Assembly (NCBI GenBank): GCA_051362555.1
Contig: CM120640.1
Coordinates: 37,405,967 to 37,469,966, forward strand
Origin: Lingula anatina
Lineage: Eukaryota > Animalia > Brachiopoda
Direction of reading: 5' to 3'
Length of the DNA stretch: 64,000 nucleotides
Part shown: piece after piece, positions 1-12,628 of the stretch
How the letters are laid out: every line of letters begins with the position of its first letter
Position numbering within the stretch: the first letter of the stretch is position 1
The notes under the pieces: generated by a model
Database searches by the model: none
Told to the model about the DNA's origin: nothing
Seen by the model: the letters and a program-made list of their open reading frames with translations, nothing else
Translations under genes and position numbers: made by a program

Positions 1-1472
1 TTGCCATTATCCATAACCTAAGCAGGGATTTAAACTATACCAAATATCTGCTAGGAATGGACACATACATGTACAGTGAATAACGTGGCATACATACCCC
101 ATGACCCAATTTGCACCCTAGCGCCCTAAAATGACACTGAATTTGTTTCTGCCAATTAAAGTATGTATAGGGAAAAATCAAACAGGACTGCGAAACAGTC
201 AGCTTCGATTGTGTTAACAAAGATCAATGACATTTGCACTACCTTTGAGTAACAATTTCTATTCTATACTAACGGCGAGCGAATCTAGGTCCTTTGTAGC
301 AGGCGGATGCTGAGATTATTATGTCGCTTTGATCGCTGCTAGTGTAAATTGCAATGGGACTGTTCGTTGTGAGACACGTAAGAGCAGTTCATAGAAGGTA
401 ACTGAAAAGTCAGACGAACCTTTGTTGATGAATTAGAGGTAATGGCAGTGCCACAATAGTGTCATATCCTCTACAGGGAATGGGGAAGGTTGCTGTTTTG
501 CATAAACGAAGGACAGTATCTTGCCTTCATTTCTTACCGTGCCTTTCTTTATATATTACCACGAAAACCGTACTTAAGATGTGCACAGGTATTTTGACCC
601 TGTTCAAAACGGAAAGCCTTTCAATTAAATAGATATGATATATCATCTTTTTTTTATACTGATTGCATAAATCATCAGCCTTCAAATGTTAATACTTCTG
701 CATTTCAAAGCATTGAATTGCTCTGCTAATCACAGATGGCACATGCATTCATTGTGATTATGAATAATTAAGTTTCCATGTCGCTAATTTATTAATTACG
801 AAACCGCGACAAAACAGGAAAAATACCATTTTTCCTTTTCGTCACTTACGACAAGTGACCTCCCTGATAAAGTACTTAACATGGATTAGGCTCTTCAATT
901 GAACGTTTGATTAATGACGACATGGTGTATCGTTAATAAAGCACATACAGAACTGGTCTTTTAAGTTTGCAGCTTCAAAGTCGGTTCTCGTTTGATACAG
1001 TCTGTATGGATTTAAACGAAACAAAAGGTACAGTAGACCGTAAAATAGATGTTAGAGTATCTAGTTTCTTTCCAAACAGTTTTAAAAATGTTTTTTTCTG
1101 TGGTATCTCCGCCACACACTTTTTATTAATTGTATGGACTAGATGAGGTAAAAAAAATCAGTGTCGGAAGAGAATGGTGCCACAGTCAGTATAAAGGTTC
1201 ACGAGGTGGGACATTTCATCTGACAAACCCACGTTTTGAACTGAAAATCTTTTTCTGCACATTGCGGCGGAAACTCCGAAAGCATACTGTCACACCCAAA
1301 AAGTTTAAACATTTAGCAACATGCTTGATAAAATAGTGATGATATTGAAAATGATATTTGAAATTAAAGAGCCAAAAGATCATGTGGATGTAAAAAAAGA
1401 TTGCAAGGATAGTAATAAACTAAAATAATAATAATAATAAAAGATACAAATGCAAATCAAACAGACACCCAC

Positions 1473-1659
1473 TCTGTTCTGCCAAAGATCTGTGGTAGTC
1501 ATTGGTGAGCTTGACGACAAAGACGCCGAAGCTGTAAGTAATCCCACTTCTGATGACGGTCACGATGAGCACGGCGAAGCAAATCAGCCACCCTTGGACG
1601 TTCGGGGACAGCGTTGGGCGGGGTAGACGATCTCGAAGCTGGGATAATTGAGACAGCAT
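1473..1659 (-). CDS. First coding exon of an MFS monocarboxylate-transporter-like (SLC16-type) gene; rest of gene runs off the left edge
   Basis: MLSQ...QGWLICFAVLIVTVIRSGITYSFGVFVVKLTNDY resembles MCT TM1 (GW...GxxYSFGVF). Acceptor AG at 1662-1661 lies just before the ATG; donor GT at 1472-1471. Candidate non-coding first exon ends at the strong donor CAG|GTAAGT near 9119. Confidence 0.8.
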
Positions 1660-2198
1660 ACTAAAAAATTAAAAAAGAATGTCCAGAGATTTTGTTGTTG
1701 ATTTTGTCAGTTCAGTAGAGCAAAGATTGGATAGCTTGAATAAAATAATTATAAAGCAATATGCATTATATAGTGTATATAGATCTGTCTAGATAGAAAA
1801 CATCTGAAAACAGTCAATGACAAAAATGCCAAGACCTTAGTAAAATCCGTTACCTTTGATTAACAATATACTTAATAAAGACTTTTTTCCGAAATTGAAA
1901 CAACATGATATGCCAACTCTGAAAGCTGAACCTTGGTCAGCGTGACTGAGTTTATTAGTCACTTAATCATCTTAAGCAATGCCACTAAGATTTTTATGTT
2001 GCATTCGTGTGACTAATCAGCTGGCCATCTAGAATAATGAACTTACTGTGTCCAAGATACCTATACACTTTAAATAACCTTTGTCACTAAATGAACCAGA
2101 AACTAAATTGCTTGACCTACGTCGGTCTTAGGGAGGCAGAAAGTCTTTGCCAGTTGTCAAATTTATTGCCGAATAGCCATTTGGTCCAACTATTATAC

Positions 2199-2202
<4 letters not shown>

Positions 2203-2231
<29 letters not shown>
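2203..2231. repeat. poly(T) tract
   Basis: About 29 consecutive T. Confidence 0.95.
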
Positions 2232-2232
<1 letters not shown>

Positions 2233-3758
2233 TAAGGGGGATCTAAAAATGCAAACAGATTTAAACGATCACTTCTTTAGATAGGTTACAAGCACGCACT
2301 GATGCTAGAATGTACACGCTGATACTACTTGAAATCAACATAAAATGCCCCAAGCTACAAGGCAGTGAAGTTGGTGTTTCTAATAGAAACTGGTGTTTCT
2401 AAATGGGAGCTGTCTTAAATGATAAATATGCCGCGTTTTAGAATAAAACGTTTGCCCTAGCTTTATATTGATGTCATTTAAATGGGCGAAGTGGGATTTA
2501 AATTTTTATTTTAGAGTATGCATCTTACTATCTATCTATCTATCTATTAAGTTTTTTGTCTTTGGAGATATAACAGTTACAACAGACATAAAAAGTAAGG
2601 ACGTTGCCGTCTCGTTCCTCTCCCTCTGGGATTTCAGCCGGTGTTGACAATACTCAGTCATGTTACGTAATGGGCAGAGAAGATGATCTGCACAGTATTT
2701 TCCATCCACCTATCTATCTATCTATCTATGATTATACAATGCACATTCCCTTATAATTGAACAACAGGCTCTTCAGACATCTAAGCCAGTATTATGTTCA
2801 GTAAGACAGGGAGTTAACCTTTAACTTCTAGCTAAAAAACGGAGAAGTATCATTTAAATATATTTGTATAAAAATTGGAAAGTGCCTGGCGCCAGAATTT
2901 CAACATCGGCTCCTGGGCTAATCGATTACTCGGAAAACAAAAAATGAATGAATCACATGCCAATTGCATCGGGCAACAAAAATAATTTGCTGTTACAATT
3001 AGTACTTGATTTCATGGGATAATTTTCAAATCAAAAATCCAGCCAGAGAATGGGAAAAAGTGACCTTAAGGGTGAAAGTAATAGCGTGGCGGACCTTAGA
3101 ATATTGCGCAGACGGCAAGTTAATCACGGTTGACATTTACAACTTTAATCTTTGTACAATCCTATAACTCATAGTTATGCATGACTCCCGCTGGAGATTA
3201 GAAACGTAGGTAGTTTCTTCCAAGAAAGAAAGAAATAAAAAAAGTTGCTGGCATTACCCGGTCTCTAATTAAGGTATAAAGAGACCTAGCATAACACTAA
3301 AAGGCAAAATATCTTGCTTCATGTTAGTAGACTCTCTCTTCTGCTTTAAGCATATCATTTTAAGTCTGAAAGATAAGAGTCGATGAAAGTTAGTGATGAA
3401 GGTAATACATGTAAATACAAATACATGGCCCTTTTTAAATAACTGAAATTTTTAATTGCTCAAGTTTCAGTTTTTTTTAAATTGTATTTATTGAAGACAA
3501 ATGTACAAATGAACACATAATTGCAAATTGCAAAACAGTCTTTTTTCGCCTTCGGAGAGTTTCCGTCAATTTTTAACTGAAACAACCTAAGAGGCCGATT
3601 CATGCACTGGTAACCTCTCGAACTGGCAGGTGCACAGTCTACTCCTTGTATTCCAAAGTGCCATGTTAGAAATAAACTCCAGTTTTACCAAAATTAATGT
3701 AATATATATTTAGCAAAACAAATATGAAAGAAAACATTACAGCAATTCTTTGCCATCA

Positions 3759-4044
3759 GGCCATTCAGAATTGATGATCCGAGTACTAACTGATCCGCCG
3801 ACTAAATATGACCGACCCCACTTCAAAAGGGATGCCGCTAATTCCATGATGGTCTCCACGCCTCCACACGCGCCGTCGCTGCAGGGGTCTAGCAATTAAA
3901 CCTCGAAGTCGAGTTTTAATCCGTCTTATGGCGCGTGTGGAGGCGGGGAGACCATCGGAAATCGGCGGCATCGCTTTTGAAGTAGGGTCAGCCATACTTT
4001 ATCGGCGGATCAGATTGTACTGGGATCATCTATTCTAAATGGCC
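3759..4044. mobile_element. Foldback/MITE-like element with ~115-bp imperfect inverted arms
   Basis: 3759-3873 (GGCCATTCAGAATTGATGATCC...CTCCACACGCGCC) is the reverse complement of 3930-4044 (GGCGCGTGTGGAG...GGATCATCTATTCTAAATGGCC). GGCC termini; no clean TSD. Confidence 0.7.
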
Positions 4045-5592
4045 CCATTTGTATTGGCTACTTGTTTGACAAAGGACACTTTTGACAATTTATTGTTAAA
4101 TTTTAGATCTAATTAAGAAAAGTTTCTATGCAAATAAGTCCAAAAAGTACAAACTAAAGGATCTTGAAATGACATTCAGCTGAAGAAACAGGATACGAAA
4201 CATACCCTAAAGATGGTCATCGTGCCTTTACCATTGCAGAATTATTGAATGTGACTTAAATACATTGAACTTCTACATACAGACTTATATAGACACGCTA
4301 AAATTTTTAATTCACCTTTACTAGATATTTAATCAATAAATGATAAATTTTGTTGTCTTATTGTGGTATGCAGTAATCAGACATACTAGAAAAAAGACAT
4401 ACTAAAAAACTTTTTACGACTATTGTCATTTTGTCCTTTTTCAGATTAACATATCGAACATATAAGAATTCTGCTCTTTTAAATCTCAGTGTTTCTACGT
4501 ATATTGTATATTATGATTAAAAATAAAAACAAAAGATTACAATAAAAATATCAAATATTATTCCACAAACAAAAAACAAGAACTGAGTATAATTAACACG
4601 TTTTGTATGATAATATCGATTAATTGTTGGACAATTTTGAAAGGTACTCTGTGTACAAAACAATCATAAACGCGATATATTTTTCCAATATGCAGTGAAA
4701 ACAAAGTGCGTATGCAAGGCTACTTTTTGTCTTAAACGGATTTCGCGCGTTTTGTGAAGCCTACAAAGTTCAATAAACGTCACGTTTTCACTATATGAAA
4801 TTCTGCCCACAAGGTTGAAAGGCATTGTCATTATGAGCCTCCTTTTGCATGGTCCAGTAGTGCACTTCTTTAATATGTGATCCAAACACGATATGTTTCA
4901 AATCATGTAGTGGTTACCAAATTAGGATCAACTTTCCTTTTCATGGTTTTTGAAAAAATTCAACACGCTTTTTACAGCGCGTCAACCAGATATATCTCCA
5001 ATGTGCCAGATTAGCAAGTTCTCCGTCTTTCAAGAAATAGTGTCTACTTTAGCATCTATAATTTCTTTTTCTTTGTGTTGCCCTTGTTTCTATAATTTAC
5101 TTTCTAACAAATCTTAACAAAAATCATAAAAATCATTACATCATTTCGTACTGGTTAATACAAAATAAAATTAGAATGCACCCAAACTATGGCAAATGAC
5201 AACACATTTGATGGATTGATTTTTGTTTATTTTAGTTGCACATTACCGTATACACACTTATAAATATACATTCAAATGATCAATAATATAATCTTGGCAT
5301 TTTTCTAATTTAATTGGACCTATTTTTCATCCATTTTTACCAGTCACTCTTTACTCTCTCTGACTTTAACATTAAACAGTATCAGAGACATGAATCTAAA
5401 GACTGGCGTTCCAACTATAGAATACCTGATGAAAAACGATCTATCCCCCACCTAGACCGTGGCACTTCATTTCGTTTTCTCTCTTCAACAAGATAAAGAA
5501 TCGTTTTGAAGGACATTAACTTGAAAATTAAACGACGAGTGGAATATCTCTTGCTGTATTACCCAGAACCGTTTTTAAGTAACACAATGCAC

Positions 5593-5768
5593 CATTGTTA
5601 TAATGCCACCAAGCCAGTCCGTTGAATATACCACTTTTAAATATTGTGTTAATTGGCAGTTGCTGGCGCCTATTTCTGAGATCTACTATTGTTATAATGC
5701 CACCAAGCCAGTCCGTTGAATATACCACTTTTAAAAATTGGCAGTTGCTGGCGCCTAGTTCTGCGATA
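5593..5768. repeat. Two-copy tandem duplication (~95-bp period)
   Basis: ATTGTTATAATGCCACCAAGCCAGTCCGTTGAATATACCACTTTTAAA...GGCAGTTGCTGGCGCCTA occurs twice. Confidence 0.9.
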
Positions 5769-8700
5769 TGTGTGGGAAGTTTCAAAATCGCGTGGGTAAG
5801 GCAACAATTTCCACAGAGGCCTTAACTCAGTACAATTCTGCCCCACCCCTGTTTTCTCTTGTGCGACCTGACGTCTAAGAAAAGCTCAGGATACGCTGCG
5901 CGCAACGTTAATTGTTATAACTTATCGGCTGTCAGAAAAAATGAAACTCGTTAAAAAGGGAATTAAAGTCCGTAATTAAAGAAAGCCCCCGAGCGGACCG
6001 GGTTGCGATAAATCATTCTTTCCATCTACTTCTAAATGTTATTGTCGAAGAGTTCACATAAGATGAACGCCCAGTCGCTGCCAGGAAGTCTCACAGGCCA
6101 CTTGATGTTCCTTTGGCTTTAGACGGATCTTTTAGGGAACTGTGGACGCAACTAGATCATCGTAGCTTTAAGTAGATGATGTATTCCATCATTTATATTC
6201 TGTTTGTATGAAAGCGGTACAACATTGTGTAGACACGCAATGGCATTAAACACAAGTAATCCAAAGACCAGTTTTGAATAACATGTACAAACGCTATCAA
6301 ATGCAGTTACACATATCATAAGTTTGTAACCGATTCTATTGAATAAAATGGTGAAAAACCTACAATATATACAGTTTCAATTGTTGTGTATTTTACATGT
6401 ATTTCAAAGAACAAATGTGAAAAAAATTAATGCGAAAAGAAGGGTATTAACTATGAATAATATTTTGATGTTGTTGAACTTTGACTAGGTGTTCATACAC
6501 TCCGAGTCTTGTTGAATTTCTCAACTGCTGACTAATATTCCTTTATAATCATTCATTCATTTCCTGCATATTTCTTTCTTGGCCACCTGAGATAAAAGGT
6601 CCTTAATGCTAAGAAACCTACAAAAGTGCCTTATAAAACATATAAACGTAGACGTGGTTCCACAACTACAAACATTAAAATCTAACAAAGGAAAAAAAAC
6701 AGATATCTGTGAGAGAACCTTATGTGATGAACAAAATGAACAATTAAGCACATAAACAAAACACTTCTATCCTTTTCTCGGCAAGTGGCCAAAGTCAGAT
6801 GAGAAAAGACCCCATTTCTGTTTTACATGGGATGGGTTTTTCAAAAGCAATTCTCTGTAATAATGTCTATCATGTACACGAGGCCAAATGCACATGAAGA
6901 AAGTTGCGAAATACGCACTAAAATTTTTAATGTCTATATACCTTACTAACGTCCTTCCATCACATATTAGAATCAATTAAAACTTTGCATTTTAGACAAA
7001 AGAGTTCTTCTAAAATGTGTACTTGACACTCGAAAACTGAACAGAAATTGATTGAGAAATAAGTGTTTCACGGCAAAGAACGGCGTGACAAATACGTGAA
7101 TCATAGCAAATTGTAAAACAAAATCATTTGCCTTTGAAAACAGCTTTATTGTACAGAACGGGGTGGTGAATCTAGTGAATCAAAGTCTAGGAGTTTAGAT
7201 AAAAGAACTCGTTACACTTTTCAGCTTTGGATCACATCACCATATTAATTTTAGACAATAACGTATAGAATATCGAAATGTGTTGAAACTCGTGGAAATG
7301 TAAACGACGGAAGAGTAAAACAGGTCCACATTCGCAGAAACATTGCGTTCCGGTTAAAACAGTTGTATTAAGTGACGGCTGAAAGGAGAGATTGTCTCTA
7401 AAGATCTGATAACGATAAAGCAAAGTTGCATGAATAAATTCCTGAGGACAGATACCCATCCCATGACGTTCATTATATATACCTCCCGACATGACTGACG
7501 TATGACATTATTTATGGGCGATTTCACGCACTGAGACAAAACAGTTTGTTAATGACGTAACGTTTAAGTGCTGCACGCTAGAAGATACTTTGACTGCTAT
7601 TAAGCCAAGGACAACAGCTTTTCCGATGGAAGACAGCAGAGATGAGATGCTGTAATTTTATACACTTGGCAAGGATATCCGAGCACTCAGAGATGAAACG
7701 TCGATTTCTGGATATTTCAGACAATAGAACCTTAACGCGTTATTTATTATTATCCCCTCGGGGCCGCGTGCTGTTCATATGATAAGAAAGTGCTGCTGCT
7801 TTTACAGATTATTTGCTTCGCAATGGCAGCAACTGCTTGTGTTAACGCATTTCGTATCGCAGCAAAGTGGACCTTTACAGACCTGCGAAACATTTGGTAG
7901 ACTCATACATTAAGGTATGCAATTGCCATTTATACACCGAATTATACCTTAGTACAAAAAAGGCACAAACCACAATGCCACAAAGATCATCCCCTTACTC
8001 AAGACATCTTTGTTATTGATATTCTTATCGAGAAACGTGTGCCACAGCATTGTATAAAGCCTTGCAATGTGTAGGAAAGTGGAAATAAAGAGTAGAATTG
8101 ATTTTCATGAAACAAAATTCATGTTGGTGGTGAACAAATTAGCAAATGTGATTTAACAATAATTTATTATATGTATTATGACATTGAATTACTCGTTAAA
8201 ACACTTTCACACAAACAGGAAAAATAATGTGAAGTGCATAGAAGTTCGTTGTTTGGTGTTCATTTTCACATCGCCTTGCACTAGGTAAAATATCAAAAAG
8301 CACTAATATAACTTATATTTAAGAATAACTAAATTTGTTTCCTGGGAATTTGATATAACGTTCCGGCTCTTTTACCATTCTTATTTGGAGCACAATGTAA
8401 GTCAACTTTTTTTTTGTTTGTTTTTTTCTGATTTTCTGTATGGAAAATACGTTTTCATTCGAGAAGGCAAACACGGTCAGTTAATTACAACAATTCCAGT
8501 GAATTATTCAGAGTGCTTGGTAAACGTTTCCTTGTATCTGATACGTGGAACTAAAATGAAATGATACATCAAAATATACCTAAACATATACCGAAACACA
8601 TACATACATGTGCATTAAATCGACATATTACCGCATACTCAAAGCTTAAATATACTTCAAATAATATGCAGAAAAAAGGGTGGGGAGACGGTGCATTGGA

Positions 8701-9299
8701 ACTTAAACCAAATTAATTCCGAAATATACCAAAGCTTTATGTCCGTATCACAGTACGCAAGATCCATCATCAGTCGTTGAATAATACATACAGCGCCTTA
8801 CCTTAGACCTTTTAACTGTCATTAAGAATAGTCTTATGTGATCAAACCTTGGAGATAATACATTGATACCAGAAATGGAAATGTGTGCTGAGACGCAAGT
8901 ATTCTGATATTGCCTTCCCCTTGCCTGGACAATATTGTCGTAAGGGCATCAATTTGTAATCATTTGGTTCAGCGAGGCAATGTGCCCGGCAGAGATCTTT
9001 GCCAAGAAGCCCAATAATCGTTCCAAGCCATATATTTATCTCCGGTGTCTTCTTGATTGGTTTCGGGATATAGAAAGATTGAAAATGTGAGAAGGTAATG
9101 ACAAAGATATGTACTTACCTGCAGCTGAGCGAGAGAGGTGCAATGTATTTCGCAATGAGGAAGGCAATGCTGCAGCGTTCTTTAAAACGATTTTCAAATT
9201 AGTGCAAACACTGGTTCCTTTAACGACGTATCAGCATAGTGCTTAGTAGTGATTAAAGTTATTCATTGACAGATTCCTGTAAAAAAAACTCTTCTGTCC

Positions 9300-10436
9300 A
9301 CGAGTTTCTTTATCTGCTTGGGAAGGCTGTGCGGCTTTCAGTCCCAAGACGGCTACATGGTGCCAAACCATTTAGTTCCAAATTATTACTTCGGATGGTA
9401 CCGATATGGCCGTGAATGCTGCTGTTGCCTATGATGGACGCACTGGCAGTTTTGCTGTCTTTTGTTATCAAACCCCCTTTCGTTGCAGTGTAGGCCTACT
9501 GCAAAAATCGTTTTTCGCGAGATTTTCTCACCGGAATAATGTCGCTAATGGACTCACACAGGGTGCTCGATCGAACCAGGACAAAAGCAAATTGTCGTCA
9601 CTTCCCCTATCAATACTTTCAGAAAGAACCACATGGGGATCCATGCACCTTCCGTCTAATACCTGGCTTCCCGTGTCACTTAGTAATACAGGGGCCCATC
9701 AATCTCTTAGCCATTTTATTTGTAGTTTTCAAGTATTTACAGCCAGGTTCGATACACTTTCCTTCCCGCCAGTGACGCGAGAGAGCTATTTGCAAGACAA
9801 AACAACTTGAACGGAATCCGCAATTACGAAAGCGCTCAGATTGTTGATCGCGGATTCGATCTCTCAGAGTAAATAGGAATAGTGCGGTGGATTATAGTAA
9901 AGGTTGCTTATCTTCCTCCAGCGCGAGTTCCGCCCGATCCATTTACCGCACCTTGCAGGGGTTTGGTTTCCATGCTTTTGGGTAACTATTCAAGTTGCGG
10001 TGAAACCAATCAATGCTCAAACTGCAGCATTAAATAAAGCAAGCATGTTCAAAACTGATAACCGTCCTTGTTCCGCGCGTGGAGGATATTAGTTAATCAT
10101 TCTTCCTCGAAAACTATACCAGAATCCATACTCCTTTAAAATCTCACATGACAGAAATCCATTAATGATTTTGAAATTCGCTATTTTCGTCGACGTCGTT
10201 TTCACCCCCTCTTCTTCTAGCAATGGAATTATCCAATTTACGTGTGACGTTACGGAACGCCCACACAGTGCTCAAGCGTTCACTCCGGCGACCGAAATAA
10301 AAGCTGTGAAAGCTCATGAAGCAAGCCATTCAAGACGACACTGTCAAAAAATTTGGAGACTCACAGAAAGCCGTTTTAGGTGAAGTCAACCACATAACCG
10401 GTCCAAGCAGAGACGGAGTTCGGAAAATCTAGCATC
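9300..10436. promoter_or_regulatory. Probable bidirectional promoter region between the MFS transporter (-) and the sulfotransferase-like gene (+)
   Basis: CpG-richer than flanks; CCGCCC GC-box ~9930, CCAAT ~10006, TGACGT CRE-like site ~10245; lies between a minus-strand donor (~9119) and a plus-strand ATG (10437). Confidence 0.4.
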
Positions 10437-12567
10437 ATGACAACACACGTCAGACGAGGTATGGTGACTTTCACTTTGATCTTTTGGTGGGTGTGTACAT
10501 GCAAGTGGTAACCTTATTGACATCTTCTGTATTTTTAGATGTTTTTCAAAAAAAATAATCGAGTTTGATAACAGTTTATAAATAAACTCTTCGCCTAACT
10601 ATTATTAAACATATAGATTCGTCACTCTTCCGTAAGTCAATTATAAATATATAACAATCAGGTGTGGGGATAAGATTTATTTTCATTTTCCATTTCGGAA
10701 AACAACTTTTATGTACAGTTATTTTGCAGATGTCTTCTACGTAAAATATTTTTCACATGAGTAAGGACAATAAACCAAGTGCTCTGGAAATAAAGTGAAT
10801 ATCCTGCGAGTTTTAGATAAAAGCGCGACCGGCTAACGTTATGATGTTACAGTAAACGCTATATAAGTAAAATTTAACGCAATATAAGACAGACCCTGCG
10901 GCATATGTTGGAACCACTCCAAACCGTTTTAGTTCAGGCACAAAGCGTTTTGTGCGGGCCATGAAAGCCTCCTTTATATAGAAAAAAAAAAATGAAATAT
11001 CTAAAAATAGACAATATGATTTAACTATATGCATTATCTGTCATTCGCACGACAAGATTACAATAGAGACAAATGTGTTAAAAGAAACTAACAGTTTCAC
11101 TAAGCTTCAACATACTGCACCAGGTCGTAAAGCGACAACAGATTTTCTAGTATAATTTAATAATAAAAAGTAAACGAATAAATTAATTTAAAGATAAAAT
11201 CATGTCTACCTGCTGATAATTTATTTGAAATAGTTGCCAGACAATTACAATGTGGCTTATTCATCGAAAATAAATGGTGTACGAACACGACATTTTAAAA
11301 AATTTTGTGTTGTGGATGATAAGTAATTGACATGACATAATGCCCTTGTTATCATCTAGAATTATATTCCATAAAATGCAAAGTTGTTTTAGAACAAATC
11401 ATCCAAGCATTAATGCACAGATTTTCATCTAGGATTATTAAAGGTAATAATCAAAATTACTTTACTTCAATGTTTTATAATTTCATAATTACTTATTTAT
11501 TGCAATTATTTTGTGTTTTTTTTCCAGGAATAGGAACACCACTCCAAGTAAAAGAGGAAACGTTGACAGACACCTTAGAGAAAACGAAAAGCATCCCGAA
11601 GGTGGTGCTGTGGGCAGTACCCCGCAGTATCTCAACCGCTTTCTTCAGGGCAATGATGAATAAGAAAAATGTGAAGGTAGGGCACAGCCTCGTTTTCAGT
11701 CAATCATCATGACGAGTACCGGTACATGCATACTATGACGATGGAAAACATAGGGTCATGTCGCAAGCGGTTAGGGATTTAAAAAAAGAGAGAAAATGTT
11801 AGATCGCTTGCTTTATAAAAACCGTGAGAGATACAATGGTATCCTGTGGTTATAATGAAATTTTGTAAAATAATTTTCATTTGTTCGGTTTTCGTGGAAT
11901 AGATTGGAAAACCGCATTGGTGTTTATGGCATTACATGTTTATTCCAAATTTGGCGTTCACCTGCTCAGTACCCGAAACAGACTAAAGCATATTTTGATT
12001 GATTTACACTTTTTAGTTTAAAATAGAATCGACACGTATTTGTACAATCTCTTAATCCAGCTGCTCAGAAAACGTATTTTTATTACCCAGACTGTCATAA
12101 GCAGGAAACGGGCGCCTGGGAAATTGATTGTCGGAAACCTCAGGCAGATGCACCATAGAACACTTTTCTGATACCTCTGCTTCTGTGTTTACAGTTTCTT
12201 CTCTTTGGTAATGCTCCCATGTTATCTGTGCCCAGTCGTTTTTTATATGCAGTGACAGCAGAGGTAACGATTAATGCCCGGTTTGCCATATATTTCCCAA
12301 CAGAATAAGAAAACATTGTATACGATGTCTTTTACAGCACACATTAATAACATGACCTAAGAATGCTTGCTGTCAAATGCGCTGGGCGGTTTGACAATTC
12401 ACATAAAAGGTAGCTAATTGACACGGTATACACACTATATGTAGGCATCACTTATGTTTTCGTTACACGCAACAACCAGATGTGCACTTGACACAGTAAC
12501 ACTGATTATAAACTGGATGTTTTAAGTAGGATGGTTCGTTATGATATATATATAGAAGAAGAATACG

Positions 12568-12628
<61 letters not shown>

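Noticed and set aside
9406-9810. 134-aa ORF in the divergent promoter region
   Set aside because: No recognisable motif or splice connection; a GC-richer region yields chance ORFs.
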